A stretch of 56,664 bases of DNA from an uncultured virus (IMG/VR IMGVR_UViG_3300034023_001061) (IMGVR_UViG_3300034023_001061), one strand, 5' to 3'; shown: positions 39,303 to 49,631, counted from the stretch's first letter. Numbers and translations are program-made. Notes: a model not told the origin generated them from the sequence alone.

Positions 39303-41650
39303 TTCGATTGCTCCGTGCGCAGTTCGCGCGCGTTTCCGACGATCTCACGAAGCCCCGAAACGTAGTAGAGCTCACCGGGCTTCGCGGGGATTCCTCGCGC
39401 GGGGTCGCCTCGCAGGTTGAGCGGTCGCGTGACCGAGACGTACCAGAGGTTGAGTTCCTCTTGAACGTCCTTCGGGTTCTTCGGGCGGCGCTTCTGCCAC
39501 CCGTCGATGCCGTACTTGAACGTTTCATTGAGGATGAACACGCGGTTCGCCTCGCCGCCCTTGATGCGGTGAACCGACGTGAGCACGAGTCGCCCCGCAA
39601 GGTGCGCCTTGTACTCCTGCGGCGACATCGCCTTCACGTCGCCCTCGGTCGGCGCGATTTCCTTCAGGCGACGTTCTACTTCGGACGGGGTGTCGATGCC
39701 GGGGAGTTGCGTGAGGCCCGTGCGGTCGGGGTTCCAGAACGCGTTGTAGATGAGGTCGACCATCACGACTTCGTGATCTTCGTCGATCATCTGCGAAATG
39801 TTGCGGAACTCCTTCCCGCTTCGACGTTGCAGTTCCGTAAGGCGCTCCCTTACCTCCGCGGATCGCGTGGCGCGCTCACGTTCGTGCCAGTTCTGGAGCG
39901 CCTCGATGAACACGCCCATATCGTCCGAGTCGCGCGTGCGCGCTCGGATCTTGTACATGATCTCCTTGAGTTCCTTCGCGATCGAACTGCCCTCTCCGAG
40001 AATCCACGGGGTGATGCCCTGCGAAATCGCGATGAGCGCCATCGGCACGAGCGCCATGTTCACGCGAGTGATTACGATATCGCCGCGGCCCCACATCTGA
40101 ACCATTTGGCGCGAGTCGATGCGAGCGCACGTTCCTTCGGGGGTGCCTTCGGGCACCTCGAACTGCGGCACCAGTTTTCGCGCTTCGGCTGCGGAACACG
40201 CGGGCACGCGATACGATACGGAGAGCGGCAGAACCGTCGCATTCAACTGCTTGATGAGGCGCTTGATGGCGTCCGAGTCTGCTCCGCGGAATCGATACAC
40301 CGCCTGCTTGGAGTCGCCCACGACGACAACGCGTCCACCGGGCGCGAGACTGCGGAACACGAGCGCGAGTTGCGCCTTGTCCATGTCCTGCGTTTCATCG
40401 ACGAAGATCACGTCGTACCGACGTTCGGGTTCCATGTCAGGCGTCGCCGCGACCACGAACGTCATGTCGCGGAACGAAATGAACGGAAGTCTACCGTTCT
40501 CGGTGATCTCGTCGTACGCCGCGAGGTCTTGCGGCCTCGCGATGCTGCGAGCGTATTTGGCATTGGCGGGCGGCTCTGTGAGTCGCGCGCGCTGCGCAGC
40601 ATGAACCCACCGCAGCACGTTCGCGTGCGTGAACCGCTGCGGCTTCGCCTGCGTGCCGCCGATGTACTCCCACTCTCGCGGGTCGCCCGACTCGGGGAGA
40701 AGAAGGTCGTGGTCGACTTGCACGGCGCGGATTTCGTCGTCACTGAGGGCGACGTAGCACTCGCAGAGCGAGCACAACTTCTCGATGCCTTCGAGAACGT
40801 CACGGAGCTTGTCGCCGCCGATTTGTTCGGGCACCGCAGCCCTCATCACCGCCTTGTCGCGAAGGTAGTCGAGGATGCCGGAGCTCTTGTGCTTCTTGCC
40901 CGCGGCGTAGCGAGCGTGCCAGTATCGCCGCAGGATCGAGTAACCGTGCGCCGAGAGCGTCGCGACCGTAACGTTCGTGAGGTTCGCGGGAATGCGAGCG
41001 TCGAGTTCCTTCTGAATGCTCGTGTTGAAGGCCACCACGAGAACGGAGAGGGAAGGGTCGATGTGCTTGAGAGCTTCGATCAAAACCGTAGTTTTTCCCG
41101 CCCCTGCGACTGCCTCGATCACGAGGTGTCCGACGCCGTTGCGGATCTCATCGAAGATCGCCGTCTGGTAGTGCGACCACTTGCGTTCGGCTGTTGCGAC
41201 GGCCTTGCTGCGCGAGTCTTCGGGGCGCGCTTCGAGCACCGCGCCTACGGGCGTTGAAGCCTCCTTGACGATCGCATCCTTCGGAGCGTCGGGCACGATT
41301 GCCAGTTCCCGACTCGACGGTGCTTCGTTCACGGGAATCGCGGGCTCGACCACCGTCACTTGTCGCGCGACGGGAACCGTGGGGATCGCGGCGCGCTCGG
41401 CTGCGTCCTTCGCCTTGTCCGCTTGCGAGAACACTCCGATGCTGGAACCGTTCAGGAGCGCCACGAAGCCCGCGGGACGAACGAGCGGCTCGCCAGCGAT
41501 CATCGTAACTGCGACCACGTTGTCGCCGATCGTCGTGCTCCACGACGTCGGGAACCCGAAGTTGCGCGTCCACACCGTCGGGGTGCTCCCGTTGCGGTGC
41601 GACTTGCGCGAGCGGACGATGCGGGGCGAACGGCGGGCGGAGCGACGCAT
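39299..41650 (-). CDS. SF1 UvrD/Rep-like helicase with tagged N-terminal extension
   Basis: AVAGAGKTT, VDETQD, VGDSKQAVYRFRGA, SYR, SVHRIKG, YVSVTR. Confidence 0.93.
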   Translation of the reverse strand: MRRSARRSPRIVRSRKSHRNGSTPTVWTRNFGFPTSWSTTIGDNVVAVTMIAGEPLVRPAGFVALLNGSSIGVFSQADKAKDAAERAAIPTVPVARQVTVVEPAIPVNEAPSSRELAIVPDAPKDAIVKEASTPVGAVLEARPEDSRSKAVATAERKWSHYQTAIFDEIRNGVGHLVIEAVAGAGKTTVLIEALKHIDPSLSVLVVAFNTSIQKELDARIPANLTNVTVATLSAHGYSILRRYWHARYAAGKKHKSSGILDYLRDKAVMRAAVPEQIGGDKLRDVLEGIEKLCSLCECYVALSDDEIRAVQVDHDLLLPESGDPREWEYIGGTQAKPQRFTHANVLRWVHAAQRARLTEPPANAKYARSIARPQDLAAYDEITENGRLPFISFRDMTFVVAATPDMEPERRYDVIFVDETQDMDKAQLALVFRSLAPGGRVVVVGDSKQAVYRFRGADSDAIKRLIKQLNATVLPLSVSYRVPACSAAEARKLVPQFEVPEGTPEGTCARIDSRQMVQMWGRGDIVITRVNMALVPMALIAISQGITPWILGEGSSIAKELKEIMYKIRARTRDSDDMGVFIEALQNWHERERATRSAEVRERLTELQRRSGKEFRNISQMIDEDHEVVMVDLIYNAFWNPDRTGLTQLPGIDTPSEVERRLKEIAPTEGDVKAMSPQEYKAHLAGRLVLTSVHRIKGGEANRVFILNETFKYGIDGWQKRRPKNPKDVQEELNLWYVSVTRPLNLRGDPARGIPAKPGELYYVSGLREIVGNARELRTEQSK

Positions 41651-41683
41651 GGCGGGACACTACCGCGGAATCGTGCCGAACGT

Positions 41684-42094
41684 CTACCCCGTTCTCAGAC
41701 CGAAGCCGTCGGCGGCGAGACGCCACACCATCGCCACCCACGCCTCCGCTACGGGCAAGCGGTCGCGCATCGCCGCTCGAAGGTCGCTCAGGCTCACTAC
41801 GTCGCCCTCCCACGCGAACATCGGGCGTGTCGGTGGCGAGCGGACTGCTATGCAGTCGAGGTACTCCGCGAGAGCGACGTACAGGTCCGCATCGATCGCA
41901 GGCATCACGCCGATCGTTGGCGTCCGATGCGGAGGAATTTCGCCGCTATCGCCACGCGATGCGCAGACCGAGGTGTGGATAACATACGCCTTGATCCACA
42001 CGTCACCAGCGGCTCTCACGTACGGGTTGTTGAACCCCGCGGCGACCGCAGCGTCGATCAGTCGGTTGGCGACGGCGTCGAGTCGATTGCTCAC
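41684..42094 (-). CDS. Hypothetical protein
   Basis: GTGA-coupled operon member. Confidence 0.55.
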   Translation of the reverse strand: MSNRLDAVANRLIDAAVAAGFNNPYVRAAGDVWIKAYVIHTSVCASRGDSGEIPPHRTPTIGVMPAIDADLYVALAEYLDCIAVRSPPTRPMFAWEGDVVSLSDLRAAMRDRLPVAEAWVAMVWRLAADGFGLRTG

Positions 42095-42955
42095 GTTTTC
42101 TGCCCCTCGATTCTCGCGATCTCGGCCCTGAGAAGATCGTTCGCCTCCTCGGCCATCGCGAGCATCAGCCTGATCGGCTTCGACTGCTCGCGCTCAATCA
42201 ACCCGCCCTGCACGATGCCCTCTTGCAGCAAGAGCACCACGAGCGCCCACACGCCGTCGGACTCGTCACGGAGGTATCGGTTCTGCTCGCCGATGCACCC
42301 GGCGCTCGGCTCGCGACCGGGCCACGGTGCGCGACGCAGCCCCTTGATCGTCGCCTTCACGCCCGCCTCGCGCAACCACGCGACGATGCGCCGTGCCTCG
42401 TGCTCGAACACCACCGGCTTCTCGTCGGGCCAGTGCAGCGCGGGAACCCACGGTGTCGCCGGGAACCTGCGAGCGACAACGGAGTCGCCCTCGCGGAGCA
42501 CGGCTTCGACCCACGGGCGCTTGCGGCGGGCGAGGCGCGCGTCGGCCGACTCCGCGGTGTGCTCGCCGAGAAACACGCGCGTCTCGTCGGGGTCGATCGC
42601 GTAGAGGCGCATCAGTCCCGCCACGGCGTCGCTCCCTCCCACGCAGCGCAGAAGTCGCGCAGCGCATCGTTGCATCGCGCTTCGATCGCGCGCGTTTTCG
42701 GCGTCTCGTTTTCGGGGTAGCCGTCAACGTAGAACCTGCGCTGGTACGAGACGTAGCGCAGTTTTCCTCCGTGCCCGAGCGCGCCGACGATGCGCAACTC
42801 GGTCGACGGACGCTCGCCGCGGGCTACCCGTTCAGACTCGTGCCGCACGTACTCCTCGCGGGAGAGGATGCGCAGTTCCGCGCCGTTCGCCGCCAGCGTG
42901 TCGTACAGCGCGGCGAAGAACGGTGCCACGAGCTCGGCCTGCTTGCGTTCGTCGC

Positions 42956-43186
42956 TCACGTCCGCGCTCCGTGGGCGCAGTGCTCGTGGCACTCGTCGGG
43001 CGAGGCGTCGTGCTCCTCGCAGAACGTGCAGCCCTTGCGCACGTCGGAGTGCGCGGTGCCGCCGCACTGCGGGCACCACGACCCGTAGTCGTCGGTGTTC
43101 GCGGTTGCGAGGGTGAATACGTGCCCGCGGACGCAGTGCATTGCGGCGCGGCGGTTGCCGCGAGCCTCGGTTACGGTGAATGCCAT
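42956..43186 (-). CDS. Small Cys/His-rich zinc-finger protein
   Basis: CVRGH...WCPQC; class B promoter. Confidence 0.65.
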   Translation of the reverse strand: MAFTVTEARGNRRAAMHCVRGHVFTLATANTDDYGSWCPQCGGTAHSDVRKGCTFCEEHDASPDECHEHCAHGART

Positions 43187-43246
43187 GCGACTTGTACGAG
43201 CGGAGCGAGCGAGTTCTTTACGTCGCCTCGCCGATTTCGTCGGCGG

Positions 43247-43807
43247 TCATCGCTTGCCGCCCGCGGTGGCGGGCAGCGTGTTCGTGAGCGAGTGCGTGCG
43301 CCCGACGTTCTGCGCGGCGCGGAGCGCACTGAGGAGGTGCGGCGCCACCACGCCGCTCTTGCGGCCCTCGACGGGCGGGAGCGGCATCGCTGCGAAACGG
43401 TAGCCGTTCTCCACCGTCTCGAACAGTTCCGCGAGTTTCGCGCGGTGGTGCTCGTAGAGTTCCACCGCGGAGAGAACCGCCGACTCCGAGCCGCGGAACT
43501 TCGTGGTCTTGCCGTCGGTGCGAAACTTCTCGTTCGCTCGCCCACGGTAGAGGGTCCGCCCGATGCTGAATGCCGCGCAGCCCGCGAACACCGCGCAGTG
43601 AACCGAGAGGCGCTCCTCGTACTCGTGCGCGTACGTTACGCACTGCTCGATCTGCGGTTCGCTCTCGGGGATCGACACTTCGGCGCCGTACTTCGCGATG
43701 TAGCGATCCATCACGCGGCGCGCGTTCTCGCGCTCCTCGGCGGTGGCGGTTTCGCACGACGCGATGGCGTGCAGGCGGCGGAACGTTTCGCGCGGGTTCT
43801 CACTCAT
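43247..43807 (-). CDS. DUF2786-like protein
   Basis: RRLHAIA...T.EE.ENARR.M....AKYG. Confidence 0.6.
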   Translation of the reverse strand: MSENPRETFRRLHAIASCETATAEERENARRVMDRYIAKYGAEVSIPESEPQIEQCVTYAHEYEERLSVHCAVFAGCAAFSIGRTLYRGRANEKFRTDGKTTKFRGSESAVLSAVELYEHHRAKLAELFETVENGYRFAAMPLPPVEGRKSGVVAPHLLSALRAAQNVGRTHSLTNTLPATAGGKR

Positions 43808-43879
43808 CTTGCTCTCCCAACGCCGCGAGCCCGCACCGCGCGAGTTGCGCAGGTACGGGCGTCGTGGCGGCGGCGTGCC

Positions 43880-44083
43880 TCACTTCGTGATGCGGACGAC
43901 CTTCCACCCCTGCACGCTGGCGTTCATGCGGAGGAGGCCGTGCGCCGCCTTGCCCGCCGTCATGCGGACCTTGCCACTCTCGTCGATGGCGGCGATCCAC
44001 CCGGCCTTCGGGGCGCGGCCGAAGCAACCGCGCATATCTTCGAGTGCCTTCGCGAGCGAAACCGTGTCGGTCGTGTTCTTCAT
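43880..44083 (-). CDS. Hypothetical protein
   Basis: ATG 7 nt after class B motif. Confidence 0.6.
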   Translation of the reverse strand: MKNTTDTVSLAKALEDMRGCFGRAPKAGWIAAIDESGKVRMTAGKAAHGLLRMNASVQGWKVVRITK

Positions 44084-44130
44084 GGTGTCTCTTCTACGCC
44101 CGTCGGGGCGCCGTTCTTTACGACGCCCGA

Positions 44131-44358
44131 TCATTTTTCCGCGCAGTGCTCGCAGTCGCACGGCTCGGCGCTCACCACGTCGCGCAGGAGCGCCGCTACG
44201 GACTCGCGGTGTACGCAGTGCGTCCCCTCGTACGCCCACCCCGGACGCAACTCCGCCCACAAGCTAGGCACTTCATCGACCGTCTCGTCCCACGCCGAGA
44301 GAACGCGCGGGTGCGCGAGGATTTTCTGCCACGACTTCGTTTTCGTAGGATTGCGCAT
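44131..44358 (-). CDS. Hypothetical protein with C-terminal CxCxxC
   Basis: ATG 5 nt after class B motif. Confidence 0.6.
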   Translation of the reverse strand: MRNPTKTKSWQKILAHPRVLSAWDETVDEVPSLWAELRPGWAYEGTHCVHRESVAALLRDVVSAEPCDCEHCAEK

Positions 44359-44427
44359 GCGCAGTTATACGCACCGCAACGACCCGCTTCTTACACGCCC
44401 CCGAAGTTTTCTTCGAGCGGGCAGAGC

Positions 44428-45477
44428 CTACCGCGTGCGGCGCCGCACGGACCGGCGACCGTTCTGCTCGCTCCTGCGGTCGTCGGGCAACTGGCCCACC
44501 GAGAACAGGTTGCGGTCGGGTTCGCCCTCGCGCGGGAGCGGGCGCTTGCGCCAGTACATCACGAGGCGACGGAACGCATCGAGTTCCCGCTGCGCAGACG
44601 CGATCGTGGCTTCGATGCGCTCGCGGTCGAACTTCTTCGTCGCGTTCTCGGCGGCGCGCTGCATCGACTCGATCAACTCGCCGAGCGCGGCGACGTTCTT
44701 CACCGTGCCCGCGGGCGACAACTCGAAGGGCGGGAACGCAACGCCGTCGCAACGTCCCTCGATGCCGCCCTGATAGCGGGGGCGCTCGTAGCCGTGCAGC
44801 ACCATCACGGGGAGGTCGCCGCGCCCAGCTTCGAGCTTGATGTTGCGGAAACACACGGGGCACGTTCCGGTGTTGTCGCGAGTCCGCGCCTCCGCGGGAA
44901 CGTGCTCCTCGACGTTCAGGAAACGATTCACGCGCGCAACCCAGTCGGTCTCTTCGTCGAGCCACGAGGTCAACTCGTACGTCGAGACACCGGGCGCGCG
45001 ACGCTTGCGACCGCTGGTTACGTCTACGACGTAGGTGCCGTGGCCCCGCATCGGCAGAAGCTCCACGGACTTGCCGTCGAGCGATGCGCGGATCGCGTCG
45101 ACCGCGACGACGCCCTCGTAGGTGACGTACCAGTAGCCATGCGCGACGTCTTCGGCGCTTCGGCGAACGTCGGAGAGGAACACGGCGCCCGACTTGAACT
45201 TCGCGGGGATCTTGTCGACCACGCGAGTGCGGAGCGCGCTGGCGAGCGTCGCGAAACTCTCTTCGTCGTCGGCGTATGCGTGCGCTGGCCTGTTGTCTCC
45301 GACGCGAGCGAGCGCGACGAACTCCTCCGCGTGCCCACCGATCGCTTCGAGAACCGCCGCCAGTTGCGCGAACGTGAGCGATGCCGTCGCGCCCTTGCGG
45401 ATCTTGAGCATCACCTCGCGCAACTTGTCGTCGGAGAGCGGCTTGCCGTTGCGGACGTGGTGTCGCGTGTTCTTCAT
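44428..45477 (-). CDS. Basic-tag protein with Zn-finger (CPVC..HGY..C.G)
   Basis: N-tag HHVRNG; C-tag EQNGRRSVRRRTR. Confidence 0.7.
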   Translation of the reverse strand: MKNTRHHVRNGKPLSDDKLREVMLKIRKGATASLTFAQLAAVLEAIGGHAEEFVALARVGDNRPAHAYADDEESFATLASALRTRVVDKIPAKFKSGAVFLSDVRRSAEDVAHGYWYVTYEGVVAVDAIRASLDGKSVELLPMRGHGTYVVDVTSGRKRRAPGVSTYELTSWLDEETDWVARVNRFLNVEEHVPAEARTRDNTGTCPVCFRNIKLEAGRGDLPVMVLHGYERPRYQGGIEGRCDGVAFPPFELSPAGTVKNVAALGELIESMQRAAENATKKFDRERIEATIASAQRELDAFRRLVMYWRKRPLPREGEPDRNLFSVGQLPDDRRSEQNGRRSVRRRTR

Positions 45478-45523
45478 GTCCGTCCCCTTTATGCCCGATG
45501 CGCAGTGCGCCCGCAATGGCCGA

Positions 45524-45916
45524 TCACAACGCCACGCCCGCGGCGTCGTACCACCGCACGGCGCCGACGCCCGACAACGTGAGGTCGTCGATGGTGCCGA
45601 ACGCCGCGCCTTGCGGCACGCCGTTGTGCGCGCGATGCTCGCGGAACACGGGGTCGAGCACCCACCCATCGAACGACGGCGAAACGATCACGGGCAAGCG
45701 CACGCACTCCGCGGCGGTGAATTGACTGCCGAGCGATACCAGTCGCCCCGTGATGCTCCGTGGTTGCGCGAACCACGAGAACGCACCTTCGCTGCGCTGG
45801 TGTCGCCCCGCGTGAACGCGGCGCACGTCGTCGGGCTCGATGCGAACGTCGGTGATCCCGAGTGCGGCGACGATGGTGTTGAGTCGGGCGGCGAGGCGCT
45901 CGCGTGTGGTCGGCAT
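45524..45916 (-). CDS. Hypothetical protein
   Basis: TGAAT-N17-CGTC upstream. Confidence 0.6.
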   Translation of the reverse strand: MPTTRERLAARLNTIVAALGITDVRIEPDDVRRVHAGRHQRSEGAFSWFAQPRSITGRLVSLGSQFTAAECVRLPVIVSPSFDGWVLDPVFREHRAHNGVPQGAAFGTIDDLTLSGVGAVRWYDAAGVAL

Positions 45917-45964
45917 ACGCTACCGACGTGCGCTGCGAGCGCCGTATTCAGCGGGAGCGCGGCA

Positions 45965-46540
45965 TCAGGGGCGCCCGGTGCCCCACCGGATCTGGCCGAA
46001 CTTGCTCCGCACGCTGGCCGCGGTCATCACCGCGACGCGGCTCGCGGGCACGCCCTCTTCGACCATCGCCTTGCGCTCGTCGACCGCATCCTCGCGGAAC
46101 TCGTTGCCCGCGTGCACGAGCCCGGTGACCTTGTCGACGACGTAGTAGCCGTACTTCGCGCGACCGTTGCGGACGCTGGTGCGCTTCTGAACCGACACGA
46201 CGTTCTTCCATCCGACGATCGGAGTATGCCCGAGAGCCCTCTGCTTGACGCCGGTTGCCTCGCTGCGCTTGCGCGATGACGTTCGACGGGCGAGCAACCA
46301 CTTGATGCCTTCGCTCGGATTGCTACGATCAGTGATCCACGCGGTTGCGGAGTACACGCGACCATTCTTCGACGCATATGACACAGTGTCACCGAACTCG
46401 ATGCTTCGCATGAGCGATTGCGCTTCGTCTCGCGTCATACCATCGGTTCGTTCAGCGAACCTCGCGTCGTAGACGCTACCGTTGCGGACGGAGGCGAACT
46501 TCGCGGGGCGCTTCTTCGGAGACTTCTTCGTGGTTGCCAT
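45965..46540 (-). CDS. Two-domain basic-tag protein
   Basis: SVRNG occurs twice; class C promoter. Confidence 0.7.
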   Translation of the reverse strand: MATTKKSPKKRPAKFASVRNGSVYDARFAERTDGMTRDEAQSLMRSIEFGDTVSYASKNGRVYSATAWITDRSNPSEGIKWLLARRTSSRKRSEATGVKQRALGHTPIVGWKNVVSVQKRTSVRNGRAKYGYYVVDKVTGLVHAGNEFREDAVDERKAMVEEGVPASRVAVMTAASVRSKFGQIRWGTGRP

Positions 46541-46578
46541 GCTGCGACGCTACACGAACGCCGCCAGAACGCAACCGC

Positions 46579-47736
46579 TCAGTCGCTTCTGCGTCGGCAC
46601 GGTGGCGAACGCTTGATGCCAGCCTCGTGCAGAACCGCCGCGAGTTCTTCGAGCGCGCGTTCGTCCGCATCGTCGCGACGCGGGTTTCGGGCGAGCCGCG
46701 TGTAGAGGTCGAGCGTGTTGCTGAGACCTTCGGGGTGCAGGCGGTCGATGCCGTAGAAGGCTTCGTAGAGCTCACTGGCCGTCTGCAACCGAGGGTCCGC
46801 GACGTTGTGCATCGCCTTGCCGTCGCGGAGCACCACCACCTCGTCGCCGCGCAGGCCGCACAGCGTGAGCGGCGCCTCGACGCCCGCGATGAACGTCATG
46901 CGCGGGAACGTGGCCCGCACGCGCTCGACGAGCGTGACTTGCTCCGCGGGCGGGAGGTGCGCGTCGATCGCGTCGATGATGCACACGCCATCCATCGCGG
47001 CGTAGAAGTCGGCGGGCACCGTGCGCCCCGCCTTGACCTCGCGCACCACCCACCGGGCGCACAAGTCGGCGACCCACGCGGCGATGCCGTTCGCGCCGCT
47101 CCCGAGGCGCCGCAGGGGCACGCCGTCGACCTCGACGTGATCCTCGCCCATGCGGACTCGCTCCGCGCCGAGAATCGCCGCCAGCGCGCCGCACGTCCCG
47201 TCGTACGCGCCGCCGTAGAGCGCGGCCCACTCCGACTCGCCGACGAACGAGGCGATGCGTAGCAGTTCCGCGAGAACGTGTCGCGGTCGCAGAAGGCACG
47301 CCCGGTCGCCGAACACGGAACCGATATGCCGCCACCCGTTGAAGCCGTCGCAGTCGTCGAGGCGGTTGTCGCCCACGTTGTCGTCGCGCACGCGGTCGGC
47401 GCCGTACGCGACGAAGAACCCGCAGAACGTCGGTTCCCGAGACTGCACCGGGTTCCAGTGGGCGCCGTCGCGGGAGAAGTACGTCGCGAACGGTTCTTCG
47501 CCCGTATTGATGATCGCCATGCCCTCGCGGCACCCGTCGCGTACGATCGGGTAGATCGGTCGCGTCGGCGCACCCGCGTAGACGTTCGGCCCTGCGAGCG
47601 CGACGGCGGCGCCTCGCAGCGCGGACGTGACGCCCTCGCCGACGAGCGCGAGGAACTGCCCGCCGCGAGCGGGCGGGAACCGTACGCGAACGTCGGCGAA
47701 CGGGCCGATGTTGTGCAGCCGGAGCGAGCCGATCAC
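46579..47736 (-). CDS. ABC/OLD-like (AAA_21-type) ATPase with degenerate Walker motifs
   Basis: LRLHNIGPF, VAYGA.R, LGSG, IIDAIDAHL; Walker A reads GEGVTS. Confidence 0.75.
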   Translation of the reverse strand: MIGSLRLHNIGPFADVRVRFPPARGGQFLALVGEGVTSALRGAAVALAGPNVYAGAPTRPIYPIVRDGCREGMAIINTGEEPFATYFSRDGAHWNPVQSREPTFCGFFVAYGADRVRDDNVGDNRLDDCDGFNGWRHIGSVFGDRACLLRPRHVLAELLRIASFVGESEWAALYGGAYDGTCGALAAILGAERVRMGEDHVEVDGVPLRRLGSGANGIAAWVADLCARWVVREVKAGRTVPADFYAAMDGVCIIDAIDAHLPPAEQVTLVERVRATFPRMTFIAGVEAPLTLCGLRGDEVVVLRDGKAMHNVADPRLQTASELYEAFYGIDRLHPEGLSNTLDLYTRLARNPRRDDADERALEELAAVLHEAGIKRSPPCRRRSD

Positions 47737-48122
47737 GGCGCCACCGGAGCGGGAACCGCGGCGGCGATGGCGACGGTCGCCATCGTGTGGTGGGCGATCT
47801 TCGCCCACTCCGCGTTGATCTTGCTCGCGAGGGCGGTGGCGTCGAGCGCCGTGCGCTTGCCGTGGAACACCCCCGCTTCGATCGCGGCCTTCGCCTCGCC
47901 GAGACCGAAGCCGGTCGCCGCGCGGAGCGCCTTGATCGCGTCGACCCTGCTGTAGCGCCCGGTGCAGTTCGTGTAGTCGGGCGTCGTGAACGCGACGACG
48001 TACACGGTCCCGGCGTGGGTTTTCGCCGCGAGCGTGTACGCCTCCGCGAGCACGGCGTCGCGGTCGGCGGGCGTGAGGCAGGCGATCGCGGTTGCGAGTT
48101 CGGTGAGGTTCGGCGTGTTCAT
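47733..48122 (-). CDS. Ribosomal L7/L12 C-terminal-like protein
   Basis: RVDAIKALRAATGFGLGEAKAAIE. Confidence 0.75.
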   Translation of the reverse strand: MNTPNLTELATAIACLTPADRDAVLAEAYTLAAKTHAGTVYVVAFTTPDYTNCTGRYSRVDAIKALRAATGFGLGEAKAAIEAGVFHGKRTALDATALASKINAEWAKIAHHTMATVAIAAAVPAPVAP

Positions 48123-48404
48123 GCGCCTTCTACGTCGCCAGCGCCGCCGTTCTTCACGGCGCGGCGGCGATTTACTGCACCGCGAACCAGCCGAGCGCGT
48201 ACACGATGTTGTTGCCCACCACGAGCGCCAGCGTGGCGTAGAAGATAACTCGCGCGGGCGAGACGTTGTGCTGCACGATGCGCTGCAACTCCGGCGCGAT
48301 GCTGCGCTCGCGGTCGAGTTCCGCCCGCAGCGCGACGTTCTCCGCGACCACGCGCTCGTAGTCGGTGCGCGGCACCGTGTCGTCGGGCGACGTTCGGTAG
48401 TCAC

Positions 48405-49631
48405 TCACACGCGCCCCACGTTCGCGACGCCGAGCATCGCCATGTTCATCACCCCGAGCGAGAAGAGCCCGCCGAGCACCGCATACTTCGCCCACGACGG
48501 GAGCGGCGGCACCAGCGTCGCCGCGAGCACGCCCGCCAAGGCATCCTTCGCCGCGTTCGGCCCGAGCGCCGCGATCTTCGCCTGCGCTTCGGCACGGGCG
48601 CGGGCCACCTCGACTTGCGCGGCGTGGCGCGTCACTTCGTTCGCGGACACGAGGCCCTCCGCGAGTTCCGCGACGTGCTCCAGCGCCTCGCGCCCGAGAC
48701 GCTTGCGCATTTCGCCAACCTCGACGCCGTACGTCTTAGGCGTGAGCACCCGCGCGATCGCTTCGTCGGAGCACGGGCGGCACTCCTCGACGCGCGCCTC
48801 CTTCGGGAGCGCCTCGCGCTTCGCAGTGCCCCACGAGCGCCACTCGCCGCTCGCGTGATGGTACGCCTCCCACACGTCGTCGCCCGACGCCCGCATGCGC
48901 AGCGGGAGTGCCCACCCGGAGCGCTCCGCGCGCCTCGCCTCGACACGTTCGGCGAACGCCCGCGCCGCCGCTTCGGGATCGTCGCCGTCGATCGTGTGCG
49001 ACCGGAACATGCCGATCGGCGCTTCGATCACGCGCTCCGTCGTGACCGTCGTCGTGCGAGTGAACTGCGGCGCGAGTTCCCGCAACCACGCGGGCACACG
49101 CGCCCGCACCTCTTCGGTGACGATCGTCGTTGCCGTCGCGGCATAGTCGCCTTCGGGCATCGGCACCACCACGTCTCGCGTGAAACGATGCACCTCGCGA
49201 ACGTCGCGCTCCCCGAGGATCACCCGTGCCCACGTTGCAAACCCGTCGGTCGGCGTGTTGCGCTGGTACAGGCTCCGCTCGCGAGGCTCCGCACGCCAGC
49301 GCCACCCGACCATATCGCGCGTGAACCAGAGCGACGTTTCGCGCGCGTTGCGGACGTTCTCCGGGTTCTTGCGCCATCGCCAGCCTTCGACGAACTGCGC
49401 GGGACCGATCGCGCCCGCGAGCGCGACGCCGAGACGCGGCGCGGGGGCCAACGTCGCCGTGAAGCCTCGCCCGCGCAGGTACTCCAGAAACGACGCGCCG
49501 CGCATCACCTCGCGCCCCACGGCGGGGCGAACGATCGTCGCGCAGACCGACGCCGCGCCGACGCGCAGGGTGATGCTCCCGCCGTCGCGCTCGCCTTCGG
49601 CGTTGCTCCGCCACTTGAATGCGATGTTCAT
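48405..49631 (-). CDS. Hypothetical protein with C-terminal TM
   Basis: ORF from MNIAFKW; hydrophobic C-terminus. Confidence 0.55.
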   Translation of the reverse strand: MNIAFKWRSNAEGERDGGSITLRVGAASVCATIVRPAVGREVMRGASFLEYLRGRGFTATLAPAPRLGVALAGAIGPAQFVEGWRWRKNPENVRNARETSLWFTRDMVGWRWRAEPRERSLYQRNTPTDGFATWARVILGERDVREVHRFTRDVVVPMPEGDYAATATTIVTEEVRARVPAWLRELAPQFTRTTTVTTERVIEAPIGMFRSHTIDGDDPEAAARAFAERVEARRAERSGWALPLRMRASGDDVWEAYHHASGEWRSWGTAKREALPKEARVEECRPCSDEAIARVLTPKTYGVEVGEMRKRLGREALEHVAELAEGLVSANEVTRHAAQVEVARARAEAQAKIAALGPNAAKDALAGVLAATLVPPLPSWAKYAVLGGLFSLGVMNMAMLGVANVGRV

